DNA of 64,000 nt, taken from contig JAZLJL010000084.1 of assembly GCA_045617845.1 (NCBI GenBank), positions 1,922 through 65,921 of the forward strand, written 5' to 3'. The stretch is from Paludibacteraceae bacterium. Lineage in GTDB: Bacteria; Bacteroidota; Bacteroidia; Bacteroidales; Paludibacteraceae. Positions 19,405 through 29,183 of the stretch are shown one piece after another (within the stretch, counting starts at the first letter, position 1; every line of letters starts with the position of its first letter). Both the position numbers and the translations under genes were made by a program. The notes beneath the pieces are model-generated. The model was given only the letters and a program-made list of their open reading frames with translations. It was not told the origin of the DNA and ran no database searches.

Positions 19405-20337
19405 ATGAGAAAAATCATCGGCGTCGGAGAAACTGTTTTCGACATTTTGTTTAAAGAAACTCAACCCATCAGCGCTAAACCTGGCGGTTCCGTCTATAAT
19501 GCGTTAATTTCCTTGGGAAGATTAGGGTTAGAACCTATTTTCATCAGTGAAATCGGGAATGATAGGATTGGCATGATCATCAAGGATTTCCTCGATAAGA
19601 ACAACGTGAAAACAGAATTCATTTATTCGTTCGACAGAGGCAAAACCCCTTTGGCGCTAGCATTCCTCGACGAAAAACAAAACGCCGACTATCTCTTCTA
19701 CAAGGATTACCCTCACGACAGACTAGATTACATCATGCCTGAAATCCAGGCGGATGACATACTGATGATCGGTTCCTACTTCGCTTTGAACCCTGTCCTC
19801 CACGATAAACTAGTAGATCTTTTGGAAGTAGCCAAAGCAAAAAAAGCCATCATCTACTATGACGTGAACTTCCGCAAGTCACACATCAACGACGTCCGCC
19901 ACCTGATGCCTACCATCCTCGACAACTTCGAGTATGCGGACATCATCAAAGGGTCTGACGAGGATTTCCTGAACATATACGGAGAGACAGGCGCCGAACA
20001 AATTTACAACGACCATGTGGGCTTCTATTCAAAGAATTTCATCTACACACTAGGTGAGAAAGGAGCGCACGTCTTCGGAGAAAAATTCAACAAGGCTTAC
20101 AAAGGAAATAAAATAGAACCAGTCAGCACAGTGGGCGCGGGCGATAACTTCAACGCAGGCATCATCTTCGGTCTCATTAAGGAAAACGTGACACTGGAGG
20201 AACTCAAAGATGGTATTTCGGAAAAACGTTGGGACGCCATCGTACGCTATGCGATAGACTTCTCATCGTACGTGTGCACTACATTGGAGAACTACATCAC
20301 CCCGGAATACGCGAAACAATACCTCTCAAAAAAATAA
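19405..20337 (+). CDS. PfkB-family carbohydrate kinase (fructokinase-like)
   Basis: GGSVYNA N-terminal motif and C-terminal VSTVGAGDNFNAG signature. Confidence 0.85.
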   Translation: MRKIIGVGETVFDILFKETQPISAKPGGSVYNALISLGRLGLEPIFISEIGNDRIGMIIKDFLDKNNVKTEFIYSFDRGKTPLALAFLDEKQNADYLFYKDYPHDRLDYIMPEIQADDILMIGSYFALNPVLHDKLVDLLEVAKAKKAIIYYDVNFRKSHINDVRHLMPTILDNFEYADIIKGSDEDFLNIYGETGAEQIYNDHVGFYSKNFIYTLGEKGAHVFGEKFNKAYKGNKIEPVSTVGAGDNFNAGIIFGLIKENVTLEELKDGISEKRWDAIVRYAIDFSSYVCTTLENYITPEYAKQYLSKK

Positions 20338-20363
20338 AAATTCAAACTAATAACTATATCGAT

Positions 20364-20996
20364 ATGAGCAATGTACAAAATCTGATCGCCGAAAAGCTTC
20401 TCGGCATCAAGGCTGTAAAAGTGCAACCATCTTCCCCCTTCACATGGGCATCCGGTTGGAAATCTCCAATCTACTGCGATAACCGTAAGACATTAGCTTA
20501 CCCCGAAATCCGCAGCCTCATCAAAGAGGAGTTGGCTAATATTGTTCGTGAGAAATACAACGACGCAGATGTCGTGGCAGGTGTAGCGACAGGTGCCATC
20601 GCACAAGGCGCTCTCGTAGCTGATTTGCTCGGCAAACCATTCGTATATGTCCGTTCCGCAGCGAAAGACCATGGTATGGGGAACCTCATCGAAGGAGAGT
20701 TGAAGGCAGGACAAAAAGTTGTTGTCGTAGAAGACCTCATCTCTACCGGCGGAAGCAGCTTAAAGGCAGTGAACGCACTTCGAGAGGCTGGCGCTGAGGT
20801 GATGGGTATGGTCGCCATCTTCACTTACGGGTTCCCTTTGGCCGCCAACCAATTCGCAGCCGCTAACGTGGAATTGACCACCCTCTCCAACTACGAGGCC
20901 GTTCTCCAACACCTATTGGACAACAAAGTCATCGGAGAGAACGAATTAGCCACTTTGAAAGAGTGGAGAAAGAGTCCTGACACATGGGGTAAATAA
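20364..20996 (+). CDS. pyrE: Orotate phosphoribosyltransferase
   Basis: The in-frame ATG at 20364 gives MSNVQNLIAEKLL...FTWASGWKSPIYCDNR and the PRPP loop VVVVEDLISTGGSS. The listed start at 20229 would overlap the kinase gene. Confidence 0.9.
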   Translation: MSNVQNLIAEKLLGIKAVKVQPSSPFTWASGWKSPIYCDNRKTLAYPEIRSLIKEELANIVREKYNDADVVAGVATGAIAQGALVADLLGKPFVYVRSAAKDHGMGNLIEGELKAGQKVVVVEDLISTGGSSLKAVNALREAGAEVMGMVAIFTYGFPLAANQFAAANVELTTLSNYEAVLQHLLDNKVIGENELATLKEWRKSPDTWGK

Positions 20997-21012
20997 TTAA
21001 TCTACAACTGAA

Positions 21013-21438
21013 ATGACAACAATCGAAAGTACGGTTACCAAGTCGCCCTATAGCGACGAAAAGATTTTCAACATTCTTTCCGACCTTTCCAATATAGAAC
21101 GTGTCAAGGATAGGCTTCCACAGGATAAAGTGAAGAATATGACCTTCGACAAGGATAGCTGCTCGTTCGAAATCGCAGAGGCGCCTATAGGTCCTATCTC
21201 CATCCGTATCATCGAACGTGAACCGAACAAGACCATCAAGTTCGGCTCCGACCAATCACCTATCGCCTTCAACCTTTGGATTCAATTGAAATCAGTGGGG
21301 GAAAACGACACTAGGATGAAAGTGACCATTAAGGCTGACATCAACATGATGATTAAAATGATGATTGAAAAACCTTTGAAACAAGGATTGGACAAGATAG
21401 CTGAGATGCTAGCTTCCATTCCCTACGATAAAATCTAA
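21013..21438 (+). CDS. SRPBCC-fold (CoxG/polyketide-cyclase-like) small protein
   Basis: 141 aa with an alternating beta/long C-terminal helix pattern. Weak recognition only. Confidence 0.45.
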   Translation: MTTIESTVTKSPYSDEKIFNILSDLSNIERVKDRLPQDKVKNMTFDKDSCSFEIAEAPIGPISIRIIEREPNKTIKFGSDQSPIAFNLWIQLKSVGENDTRMKVTIKADINMMIKMMIEKPLKQGLDKIAEMLASIPYDKI

Positions 21439-21462
21439 GGAATTGTTCTTCAATTAAGTTCA

Positions 21463-21497
21463 AAGAAGGTTGTCAAGGTGGCAACCTTCTTTTTTTC
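21463..21497 (+). terminator. Rho-independent terminator
   Basis: Perfect stem aagaaggttg/caaccttctt followed by a T run. Confidence 0.7.
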
Positions 21498-21648
21498 GGC
21501 ACCCCCCTGCCTCACATCCATACATAAATTTGCCTGATTCATCGATAAAAACAATACATTCTGTAGATAATAGCCTTAATCATATAGTATTATCACAAAA
21601 ATAACAATATATTGTATGTACATTAATAACAAATAAATACATAAAACT

Positions 21649-22206
21649 ATGTCAGAATTAAACAATGGAACTCCAAACTTGGAGAATGAGAACTCAAATG
21701 TAGTAAACAACCCAGTAAACACTCCTGAGGTGAAGCAAGAGCCAGTAACGACACAACCAGTTGGGCAACCGACACAGCCCAAACAAACGGCTCAACCGAC
21801 ACAAGCGGCACCTCAAGCCACAGAGTTGTTTTACACTACAGGAGCGAAAAAGGCGGTAAAGGATATGTGTTCATGGGTAAAAATTATCGCGGTATTCATG
21901 CTGATCACTGAAATACTCCCCATCATACTTTCTTTATTAGCTGGAATAGGGAACGGACCTATCACAACTATAGTATCTATTGGTGTGATTCTAATCTCCC
22001 TGATTCCAATCAGCCGAATGTTTAAATTCTGCTCGAACGCGAAGATCGGATTGAAACAAAATGATCCGAAGAGTATGGAAAAAGCCATGAAAGCAATGAA
22101 TGGGGTATGGAGTTTCTTCGCCGTATGGATTTTACTCATTGTCATCATAGGCGCGATCGTATTTTTCGCGATAGGCATCAACTCCTTATCTAAATTTGGC
22201 GTATAA
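21649..22206 (+). CDS. Hypothetical membrane protein with Pro/Gln/Thr-rich N-terminal tail
   Basis: Low-complexity N-terminus (PVTTQPVGQPTQPKQTAQPTQAAPQ), then about 3-4 TM helices. Confidence 0.5.
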   Translation: MSELNNGTPNLENENSNVVNNPVNTPEVKQEPVTTQPVGQPTQPKQTAQPTQAAPQATELFYTTGAKKAVKDMCSWVKIIAVFMLITEILPIILSLLAGIGNGPITTIVSIGVILISLIPISRMFKFCSNAKIGLKQNDPKSMEKAMKAMNGVWSFFAVWILLIVIIGAIVFFAIGINSLSKFGV

Positions 22207-22252
22207 ATCCTATTAAGTTTAGCAACCAATAGGAAGAACTAAAGCAAAACGT

Positions 22253-22292
22253 GAGCATCCAAGGGATATTTCTTTTGGATGCTCCTTTTTTC
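22253..22292. terminator. Bidirectional terminator hairpin between convergent genes
   Basis: gagcatccaa(22253-22262)/ttggatgctc(22275-22284), followed by cttttttc. A-rich on the other side. Confidence 0.6.
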
Positions 22293-23176
22293 TAGTTTTT
22301 CCGCTCAGCCATAACCATCCCCACCACAATGGCAACCGCTCCGAGCATCGCCACCCAAGTAATCCGTTCGTCCAACACAACCACAGCCGTGATGATGGTT
22401 ACCAAAGGAATCGCATAAATATAATTGGAAGCTAAAACCGTCCCAAGGTTTTTCAACACCATGTTCCACACCAAATAGCCAAAAAGTGAGGAGAAAAGCG
22501 CCAACAAAAGGAAATTCAGTATCACGGCAGGCACAGTAATATTTTCCCAAGGAATCACTTTCGGATCGCTCAGCAACAACGGAAGAGCAGTCAGACAACT
22601 ATAGAAGAATACCTTGCGTGTGATGAAAAGAGGAGAATAACGTCCATGCAAACGTCGCATGCTGATGGAATAGACCACCCAGACCAAAGCCGCCCCCAAC
22701 GCCAACAAATCACCTTTCAAAGAAAGATGGAGGACAAAGCGCCCGTTTAGCACCACAAGCACCATGCCTACAAAAGTGAGCAGGGAACCGATTATCTGTC
22801 TGACACTCAGTCGTTCTTTCTTAAACAAAAGACTCACCGTAATCATAATCAACAAAGGATTTGTGCAGACAATCAACGACACGTTAGAAGTGGGAGACAA
22901 TGTCAGCGCAGTGTTCTCCATCCAAAAATAGAGCGTACCGCCCATCACACCGCCTATCATCATCGTCAACTCATCCTTCCAGTTCTCCGCACGCCACACA
23001 TCATGCGACAGGACCAAAAGAAGCAGGTAGGTAAATACGAAACGCATGAAAAATATGAAAACAGCCGAAAAATCATAGTTGAGCAGAATCCTCGTGGAAA
23101 CAAAACTCGTTCCCCAGACGGTAACCGTCAGAACGGCCATCAGATGCCAAAAATTTCTTCCTAACTTATCGGACAT
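22292..23176 (-). CDS. EamA-family (DMT superfamily) transporter
   Basis: Ten hydrophobic segments in two EamA-like halves. The ATG at 23176 is preferred over the listed TTG at 23185. Confidence 0.8.
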   Translation of the reverse strand: MSDKLGRNFWHLMAVLTVTVWGTSFVSTRILLNYDFSAVFIFFMRFVFTYLLLLVLSHDVWRAENWKDELTMMIGGVMGGTLYFWMENTALTLSPTSNVSLIVCTNPLLIMITVSLLFKKERLSVRQIIGSLLTFVGMVLVVLNGRFVLHLSLKGDLLALGAALVWVVYSISMRRLHGRYSPLFITRKVFFYSCLTALPLLLSDPKVIPWENITVPAVILNFLLLALFSSLFGYLVWNMVLKNLGTVLASNYIYAIPLVTIITAVVVLDERITWVAMLGAVAIVVGMVMAERKN

Positions 23177-23185
23177 AAAACACAA

Positions 23186-23632
23186 TCAATTAGTGACCAG
23201 GATATATTCTCCGTTATCCCTGATATTACGATATAGCCTCAACGGGGACTTAGCAGAACCCTCCACAGGGTTTCCGACGCCATAGGACAAATCGAATTTG
23301 GATCCGCACAACGGACAATAAGCGAAAGGCATAGAGATGGTCAACGGATTCATCCTCGACTTATCATTCGGACATGCCAAATCACAACAACCCAATTTCC
23401 CCTCCAAATCACGGAAAATCGCCACGCCACCATAACCTAACTTGAAATTGGAAGGATAGACGCCTTGAAACTCATAAATTACGGCGTGATTAGGCGTACG
23501 CAAAGTGTTGTACTCACTCGTATATGTCTTCACGTAAACCTCGCTGTCAGGTATCAGCGACTCATCATCCTTACAAGAGCAGGTGAGCTGCAGAAGGCAT
23601 AGTCCAAAAGTGAAAAGTGAAAATCTGTTCAT
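23186..23632 (-). CDS. Small lipoprotein with degenerate Rieske-like Cys motif
   Basis: Lipobox LLQLTCSC. C-terminal CDLACPN...YCPLCGSKFD resembles CxH...CxxH with both His replaced. The stop abuts the EamA gene. Confidence 0.55.
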   Translation of the reverse strand: MNRFSLFTFGLCLLQLTCSCKDDESLIPDSEVYVKTYTSEYNTLRTPNHAVIYEFQGVYPSNFKLGYGGVAIFRDLEGKLGCCDLACPNDKSRMNPLTISMPFAYCPLCGSKFDLSYGVGNPVEGSAKSPLRLYRNIRDNGEYILVTN

Positions 23633-23651
23633 CGCAGGGATATATTTTCGA

Positions 23652-23659
23652 CAAAGTTA
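23652..23659 (-). promoter_or_regulatory. Bacteroidota -7 promoter box (TAnnTTTG on minus strand)
   Basis: Plus-strand caaagtta, 20 nt upstream of the ATG at 23632. Confidence 0.4.
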
Positions 23660-23749
23660 AGAACAAATCCTAAAACTTCTTCACAACGCTTATTTTTCTC
23701 TTCCACTTTACCTAAATTCGCGTATTAGTCGCTTTTTAAAATTATTCCA

Positions 23750-24862
23750 ATGTTAGAACTTTATTTCGACAAATGCGACGACCTACAAGTCGCCTATAAT
23801 TATTTTCCGCCTCAATTCTCCTTGATGAAGGATTTAGTGGATAAGGAATATAATATCGCGCTCATAGGAGTGAAAAGCGAAATGAACGATGTGAATCCCG
23901 GCAGTTCGGCAGCGCCCGATGCCATCAGGCAACAACTTTTCGGACTACGCGGCGGATTCAAGAACATTCGGATTAAAGACCTTGGCAACCTGAAAAAAGG
24001 GAAGAGCCTTGCCGACACCTATGCGGCGCTCCGGGATGTGACGGATGAGCTGCTTTCACAAAAAATCATTCCCGTAGTACTCGGCGGAAGCCACGAACTC
24101 ACTTTACCACTCTTCGAGGCGATAAAGAGACACACGCAAGCACTAACAGTTTCTGTAGTTGACTGTAAACTGGATTTTCCATTTAGCACAACGGAAATTT
24201 TCGACGCGAACACCTTCCTGGACCATATCATCGACGACCCCGCCACAGAAGAGTTCAAACTATTGGGATACCAAAGCTACTATTGCCCCAAGCCATACAT
24301 GAACGAATTACAAAACACCAAATGTCAACTGATGCGCGTCGGAGAGATGTTCAGAAACATCGCCACGACCGAGCCTTTGCTACGCGACACCGATTTGCTC
24401 AGCATCGACATGTCGTCTATCAGGCATGCGGACTCACCGGGTTTCGCCAGAGCGATTCCTAATGGGTTATCAGGGGAGGAAATATGCCAACTCACCCACT
24501 ACGCCGGACTGAGCGACAGGATATGCGCCTTCGGTCTCTTCGAGGTAAACCCATCATTCGACGACAGCGACCAGACCGCATCGCTCGCGGCCCAAATCAT
24601 ATGGCACTTCCTTGAAGGAATAGACAACCGTTACGGAGACTATCCCAAAAAAGAAATTAGTTCATACGAGGAACGAGTGGCCATCTTCCCATCGGAAAAC
24701 GAAAAAAACATTCATTTTTACCACAATAGGGTCAACGGGAGATGGTGGATAAAAATACCCACACAAACAGGCGACAAAATATACGCATGCCTACCTTCCG
24801 ACTATCAAACAGCCTGCGAAGGCGATATCCCGGAAATATGGATGCGTTATTACATGAAATAG
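23750..24862 (+). CDS. Arginase/formimidoylglutamase-fold family protein (metal ligands partly substituted)
   Basis: Fold-family motifs are recognisable but altered: VVLGGSHE (canonical GGDHS), VVDCKLDF (canonical DAHxD), SIDMSSIRHADSPG (canonical SxDxDxxDP). Confidence 0.7.
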   Translation: MLELYFDKCDDLQVAYNYFPPQFSLMKDLVDKEYNIALIGVKSEMNDVNPGSSAAPDAIRQQLFGLRGGFKNIRIKDLGNLKKGKSLADTYAALRDVTDELLSQKIIPVVLGGSHELTLPLFEAIKRHTQALTVSVVDCKLDFPFSTTEIFDANTFLDHIIDDPATEEFKLLGYQSYYCPKPYMNELQNTKCQLMRVGEMFRNIATTEPLLRDTDLLSIDMSSIRHADSPGFARAIPNGLSGEEICQLTHYAGLSDRICAFGLFEVNPSFDDSDQTASLAAQIIWHFLEGIDNRYGDYPKKEISSYEERVAIFPSENEKNIHFYHNRVNGRWWIKIPTQTGDKIYACLPSDYQTACEGDIPEIWMRYYMK

Positions 24863-24863
24863 C

Positions 24864-25583
24864 TTATTTCTCATCACGCTGAAGGCGCTGCCAAAACAAA
24901 TCAGGCTTATCATTGATAATCAACGCCTCGGGGAATTCCATCTCCTGTATCAGACGGAAAACATGGTCATATCTAGCCACATCGAATGAAATGTGCGCAT
25001 CGCTGCCCATAATAACCATCAATTCATACTTCTTGCACAGCGCCAACAACTGTTTGTGACACTCCCACGCACGCTCTTTCCCGCGACTAGGGCTCAACGA
25101 ACTGTTATTGATCTCCAACAAACAACGAGTATCCTTAGCGGTCTGCACAAGACGCTCAAAATCCAAATCCGCGGTACCATCCGCCGGATGGCTGATGATA
25201 TCGATAAGAGGATTCCTCATGACACCGATCACGGCATCCGTATTCTCTTCGACCGTGCCAGGCTTGAAACACGAATGATGGATACCGGCAATGCGTATTT
25301 TCAGCTTACGTATGCTCTTCTCGCTCAAATCCAGCGAGCCATATGTATCCAATATGTTGATTTCAGCACCGGTAAGAATTTTCACACCATACATCTCCTC
25401 GGGTATGACACTCAAGTTATTGAAATAAGCGGCATCACAAGCCCCCTTAATAGTAGGACCATGCTCAGCCATACCAAGCACCTGCAAACCTTTTTCGGAA
25501 GCCGCTTTCGCCATTTCCTGCATGGTGCTATAAGCGTGCCCGCTCACTATGGTATGGGTATGTACGTCTAATGCTATTTTCAT
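24864..25583 (-). CDS. PHP-domain phosphoesterase (YcdX-like)
   Basis: MKIALDVHTHTIVSGHAYS N-terminal His cluster, plus GMAEHGP, GIHHS and GSDAH motifs. Confidence 0.8.
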   Translation of the reverse strand: MKIALDVHTHTIVSGHAYSTMQEMAKAASEKGLQVLGMAEHGPTIKGACDAAYFNNLSVIPEEMYGVKILTGAEINILDTYGSLDLSEKSIRKLKIRIAGIHHSCFKPGTVEENTDAVIGVMRNPLIDIISHPADGTADLDFERLVQTAKDTRCLLEINNSSLSPSRGKERAWECHKQLLALCKKYELMVIMGSDAHISFDVARYDHVFRLIQEMEFPEALIINDKPDLFWQRLQRDEK

Positions 25584-25601
25584 GATATGATCGTTATATC
25601 A

Positions 25602-25609
25602 CAAATATA
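25602..25609 (-). promoter_or_regulatory. Bacteroidota -7 promoter box (TAnnTTTG on minus strand)
   Basis: Plus-strand caaatata, 19 nt upstream of the ATG at 25583. Confidence 0.45.
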
Positions 25610-25740
25610 ATTAAAGTCCGTTAAATTTTCAAAAGAAGGAAGGCATTTTTCAAAAACTAACACCTATGAATCACCACTTACAGGAACGGACATGGACAGC
25701 ACATTTTGGCTGAATCCTATGCGAAAGTTAAAATCTTTTG

Positions 25741-25748
25741 TATATTTG
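25741..25748 (+). promoter_or_regulatory. Bacteroidota -7 promoter box (TAnnTTTG)
   Basis: tatatttg, 18 nt upstream of the ATG at 25766. This argues against the listed TTG start at 25706. Confidence 0.45.
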
Positions 25749-25765
25749 TGACAAAGTGTATACTT

Positions 25766-27091
25766 ATGAGAAAGATTTTTAGATACATACTGCATTCAGT
25801 GGGAATCATGGTCATCATCGTGGCAATCTGTGCGATTGTGAACGAACTGAGATACAGCAGCTCCTATTTGGACCCAGTGGGACAAATCTTGGGTAACTTC
25901 ACCATGACCGATAGTTATTTCCAGACTGAAAACGACAAGGCGGACAAAGAAGCGGACGTCAGTTCGGAAGTCATGATCCTAGACTTGGCACAATGCTATT
26001 CAAGGGCGGACATCGCCGCCGGTATCGAATACCTGAACCAATCGGGCGCCAAAGTAATTGCGTTGGATGTCATCTTCGGAGGAGCGGGCGACGGCGATAG
26101 CATCGCGAACGATAGCTTGGAGCATGTAGTATCAAGATGCAAAAACGTCATCGCGGCTTGCAGGATGGTGCCAAGCTACGACCCATTGGCGAAAGTGGCG
26201 GCGAACGGCGATGAATCTAAAATCAACATGTACAAGAAGGAAGAATCCTACTTCGTAAAAAACACAGGTTGCGTGGAGGCCTGCGTGAACGTGGAGAACG
26301 AGACCATCCGTAAATTCTCCAAAACACTCACGTTCGGAGACACTACACTCAGCACTTTCGTACACGAAATCGTCAAAATGGCTTATCCAGACATCTACGA
26401 CGCATGGGAGAAAAGAGAAGAAAATGAAGAACTGATCCATTACAAACAGACATTCTACGAAAAGATAGAAATACTGGAGGTATTAGATATGATCAAGGCT
26501 AGAAGAGCCATAGAAAACATGGAGTTTGAAGAGCCTATCGAAAAAGAGATCATGCTTCAAGGAGCGAATGAAACAGACGAATATTTCAAAGGTTTGATTA
26601 AAGACAAAATCGTCCTTTTGGGAGACTATATGGACCTTAGGGATTTCCACGACATCCCTATCAACATAGACGGGAGCAGACGAATCTGCGGAACCACCAT
26701 CCACGGATACGCCATCTCGACACTGACCAAACCGGGCAGACTCATTAACCAAATGAGCGAGAAGGATGGTCTCATCCTAGGTCTATTGTACACGTTATTG
26801 TATTGCATCATCTATTGTTGGATCAACGAGAAATACAACGACGTCTCGGGCGTGTTATCCACCACCCTGCAGATCGTCATGATGTTGGCGCTCGTCTTCC
26901 TCGGTGGATATCTGTTCATTGAACATCAATACAACATCACACTGCTCTATGCATTGTTGGGAACAGGTCTCGCTGGTTATGGAGCGGAAATATTCTACTT
27001 CATTGTATTTAAGATACAAAAGAAGATAGCGAAGCGTAAAGGTGGGAAAACGCTGGAACAGGAAATAGTAGAAAATATAGAAAAACGATAA
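25766..27091 (+). CDS. Stand-alone CHASE2-domain membrane protein (no cytoplasmic output domain)
   Basis: N-terminal TM (ILHSVGIMVIIVAICAIV). CHASE2-like blocks (VMILDLAQ...GAKVIALDVIFGG; KIVLLGDYMDLRDFHDIPIN...GTTIHGYAISTL). Three C-terminal TM helices, then only a short basic tail. Confidence 0.7.
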   Translation: MRKIFRYILHSVGIMVIIVAICAIVNELRYSSSYLDPVGQILGNFTMTDSYFQTENDKADKEADVSSEVMILDLAQCYSRADIAAGIEYLNQSGAKVIALDVIFGGAGDGDSIANDSLEHVVSRCKNVIAACRMVPSYDPLAKVAANGDESKINMYKKEESYFVKNTGCVEACVNVENETIRKFSKTLTFGDTTLSTFVHEIVKMAYPDIYDAWEKREENEELIHYKQTFYEKIEILEVLDMIKARRAIENMEFEEPIEKEIMLQGANETDEYFKGLIKDKIVLLGDYMDLRDFHDIPINIDGSRRICGTTIHGYAISTLTKPGRLINQMSEKDGLILGLLYTLLYCIIYCWINEKYNDVSGVLSTTLQIVMMLALVFLGGYLFIEHQYNITLLYALLGTGLAGYGAEIFYFIVFKIQKKIAKRKGGKTLEQEIVENIEKR

Positions 27092-27095
27092 AAGA

Positions 27096-29120
27096 ATGAG
27101 AAAGTACTTATTGACATTATGTATGTTGGCTTTAGCCGTTGCCAATGCGCCGGCACAAAAACCGAACAAAAGCCCCAAAACAGGCAAATGGGGTTTCATG
27201 AATGGTAGCACATGGGTGATTCAGCCTATCTACGAGAACCTTGACCCATACAACGCCTTCGGAGGGAAAAAATATGCGATTGTGCAACTCCAAGGCAAAT
27301 GGGGCGCCATCGGCATAGACGGCAAATATTATTGCAAACCCGTCTTCGCGACCAAGGAAATCGCTCTACGCGCCGCTAAACTAGCAGTGAAGGGCGGCGA
27401 CAGAAGTGTTTTCCTAAGCGCAACTTACGACAACACAGCGAACAAATGGGGATTTGTGGACTATACAGGTGAATTGTATTTCCGCCCTATTTACGAAGAA
27501 GTGGATAATGAATTTTGCTTCGACAAAGGGAAGAACTACACCATCGTGAAACTCGACAAACAATGGGGTGCCGTGGACCGTGAGGGTGTTATGGTCATCA
27601 ATCCATTCTTCACATCCAAGGAAGACGCCCGTAAGGCCGCGAAAGAGATGGAGATGGGCGCCGTTTTGGGCGACAACATCTACATCGGTTTGAAAAACGG
27701 AGTGAAGAAAATCGGTTTCATCAACTACCTCGGTAACTGGACAATGAAACCAGTGTTCGAAAACGTGGATAAGACCGCCCTTTTCAGCGCAACCTGCAAC
27801 TACGCTGTCGTGAAATATAAAGGGAAATGGGGCGCTATCGACCGCGCTGGAAACTTTGTGGTTAAACCCACATTCCCAGACATGAACGCGGCGAAGAACG
27901 CGGCAAAGAAATGGCAAGCTAACAACCCTAAAGGCAGAATCGCCTCTTCACAAGTGCCTAACCTGGAATCTTTCGCTTATAAGACTCCAAACCTGGCCGC
28001 ACAAGAACCTCAAAAGAGACCTGACCCTACTCCGGCTAAGCCTACAACGGGAGGGAACACCACGCCTAGCAAAGTGGAACCTACACCAACCGTCACCCAT
28101 GTGGCGGAAGGCGCCCCAACAATCAAGATTTTGTCTCCTAAGGACGGAGCGCAATACTCTTCCCCAGAGGTAACCTTCACTTACGAAACGTCCACACACG
28201 ACGGCAGCGAACCTGAAATCATCGCTTACATCAACGGTGAATTAATGCCTCGCACCAAAGGCGTGAAACGCGTCGGGAAACAAGTTACACTCACCTTACC
28301 ACGCGTGAACGATTGCCGTGTGCAATTAATCGCTAAAGACAACAGGGGACAAAACAGTGACCCTGCCGTAGTATTGCTTCATTACCGTGGCGACCGTCCT
28401 AAACCAGCTTTGCACGTCTTCGCCGTGGGTGTCAGCGACTACGACCAGGCGGACCTCAAACTGCAACACGCGGCTAAAGACGCGGCAGATTTCGTCAACA
28501 CGATCAAGACCTGTAACTTGTCGCAATACCAATCTCTGAAAACGGCTAACCTCATCCAAGACAAGGCCGCTTCCGACAAGAACATCAAGAAGGGTCTCTC
28601 CTCTTTGGTTAATGGTGCGAGCCAAGGCGATGTCGTCCTCCTCTTCTTCTCCGGACATGGTGCGAAAGAAGGTGCCGAGACTTATTACCTCTCATGCAAC
28701 GCCGAGAGCAACGACCTCTTCGCTACAGCGGTCGACTTCGATATCATCCGCAGCGCACTGAAGAGATTGAAGGATAAGAAGTGCCGCATCATCATCTTCA
28801 TGGACGCATGCCACTCAGGCTCAATGTATGGTGTGAGATCTGCCGCTGAAACATTCTCCATGGCAGAACCGGACATCATCGGTTTCTACTCTAGTACGGA
28901 GGCACAAAAGTCTAACGAATCTGAGCAATGGGAGAACGGTATATTTACCAAGGCATTGCTCGAAGGTATGAACGGAAAGGCTGTGGATGAAGAGGGCAAC
29001 ATCACGCTCGACGCTTTGGAGCTCTACATACGCAACCAAGTGAGACAAGCGACGAACGGCAGACAAATGCCTATTTTCGAGAACAGACAAGGTAATTTCA
29101 TCCTATTCGAGAAGAAATAA
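27096..29120 (+). CDS. Secreted WG-repeat / Ig-like / caspase-family (peptidase C14) protein
   Basis: Signal peptide MRKYLLTLCMLALAVANAPA. Six KWG-type repeats (GKWGFMNG.., GKWGAIGIDG.., NKWGFVDYTG.., KQWGAVDREG.., KKIGFINYLG.., GKWGAIDRAG..). Pro/Thr linker, then a C14 core with the His (LLFFSGHGAKEG) and Cys (IIFMDACHSGS) dyad. Starts 4 nt after the CHASE2 gene. Confidence 0.85.
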   Translation: MRKYLLTLCMLALAVANAPAQKPNKSPKTGKWGFMNGSTWVIQPIYENLDPYNAFGGKKYAIVQLQGKWGAIGIDGKYYCKPVFATKEIALRAAKLAVKGGDRSVFLSATYDNTANKWGFVDYTGELYFRPIYEEVDNEFCFDKGKNYTIVKLDKQWGAVDREGVMVINPFFTSKEDARKAAKEMEMGAVLGDNIYIGLKNGVKKIGFINYLGNWTMKPVFENVDKTALFSATCNYAVVKYKGKWGAIDRAGNFVVKPTFPDMNAAKNAAKKWQANNPKGRIASSQVPNLESFAYKTPNLAAQEPQKRPDPTPAKPTTGGNTTPSKVEPTPTVTHVAEGAPTIKILSPKDGAQYSSPEVTFTYETSTHDGSEPEIIAYINGELMPRTKGVKRVGKQVTLTLPRVNDCRVQLIAKDNRGQNSDPAVVLLHYRGDRPKPALHVFAVGVSDYDQADLKLQHAAKDAADFVNTIKTCNLSQYQSLKTANLIQDKAASDKNIKKGLSSLVNGASQGDVVLLFFSGHGAKEGAETYYLSCNAESNDLFATAVDFDIIRSALKRLKDKKCRIIIFMDACHSGSMYGVRSAAETFSMAEPDIIGFYSSTEAQKSNESEQWENGIFTKALLEGMNGKAVDEEGNITLDALELYIRNQVRQATNGRQMPIFENRQGNFILFEKK

Positions 29121-29127
29121 TCGCACG

Positions 29128-29171
29128 AATCAAAAGTAGAGACGGACGGCCGTCCGTCTCTACTTTTGATT
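29128..29171. repeat. Perfect 44-bp palindrome of the GAGACG-CACGG family (variant core GAGACGGACGGCCGTCCGTCTC); terminator-like
   Basis: aatcaaaagtagagacggacgg/ccgtccgtctctacttttgatt; both 22-nt arms were checked base by base. Flanked by tcgcacg (29121-29127) and cgcacgg (29172-29178). Confidence 0.9.
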
Positions 29172-29183
29172 CGCACGGCATAG

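Noticed and set aside
20229-20363. Upstream extension of pyrE
   Set aside because: It would overlap the 3' end of the PfkB kinase gene by more than 100 nt. The ATG at 20364 gives the canonical OPRTase N-terminus.
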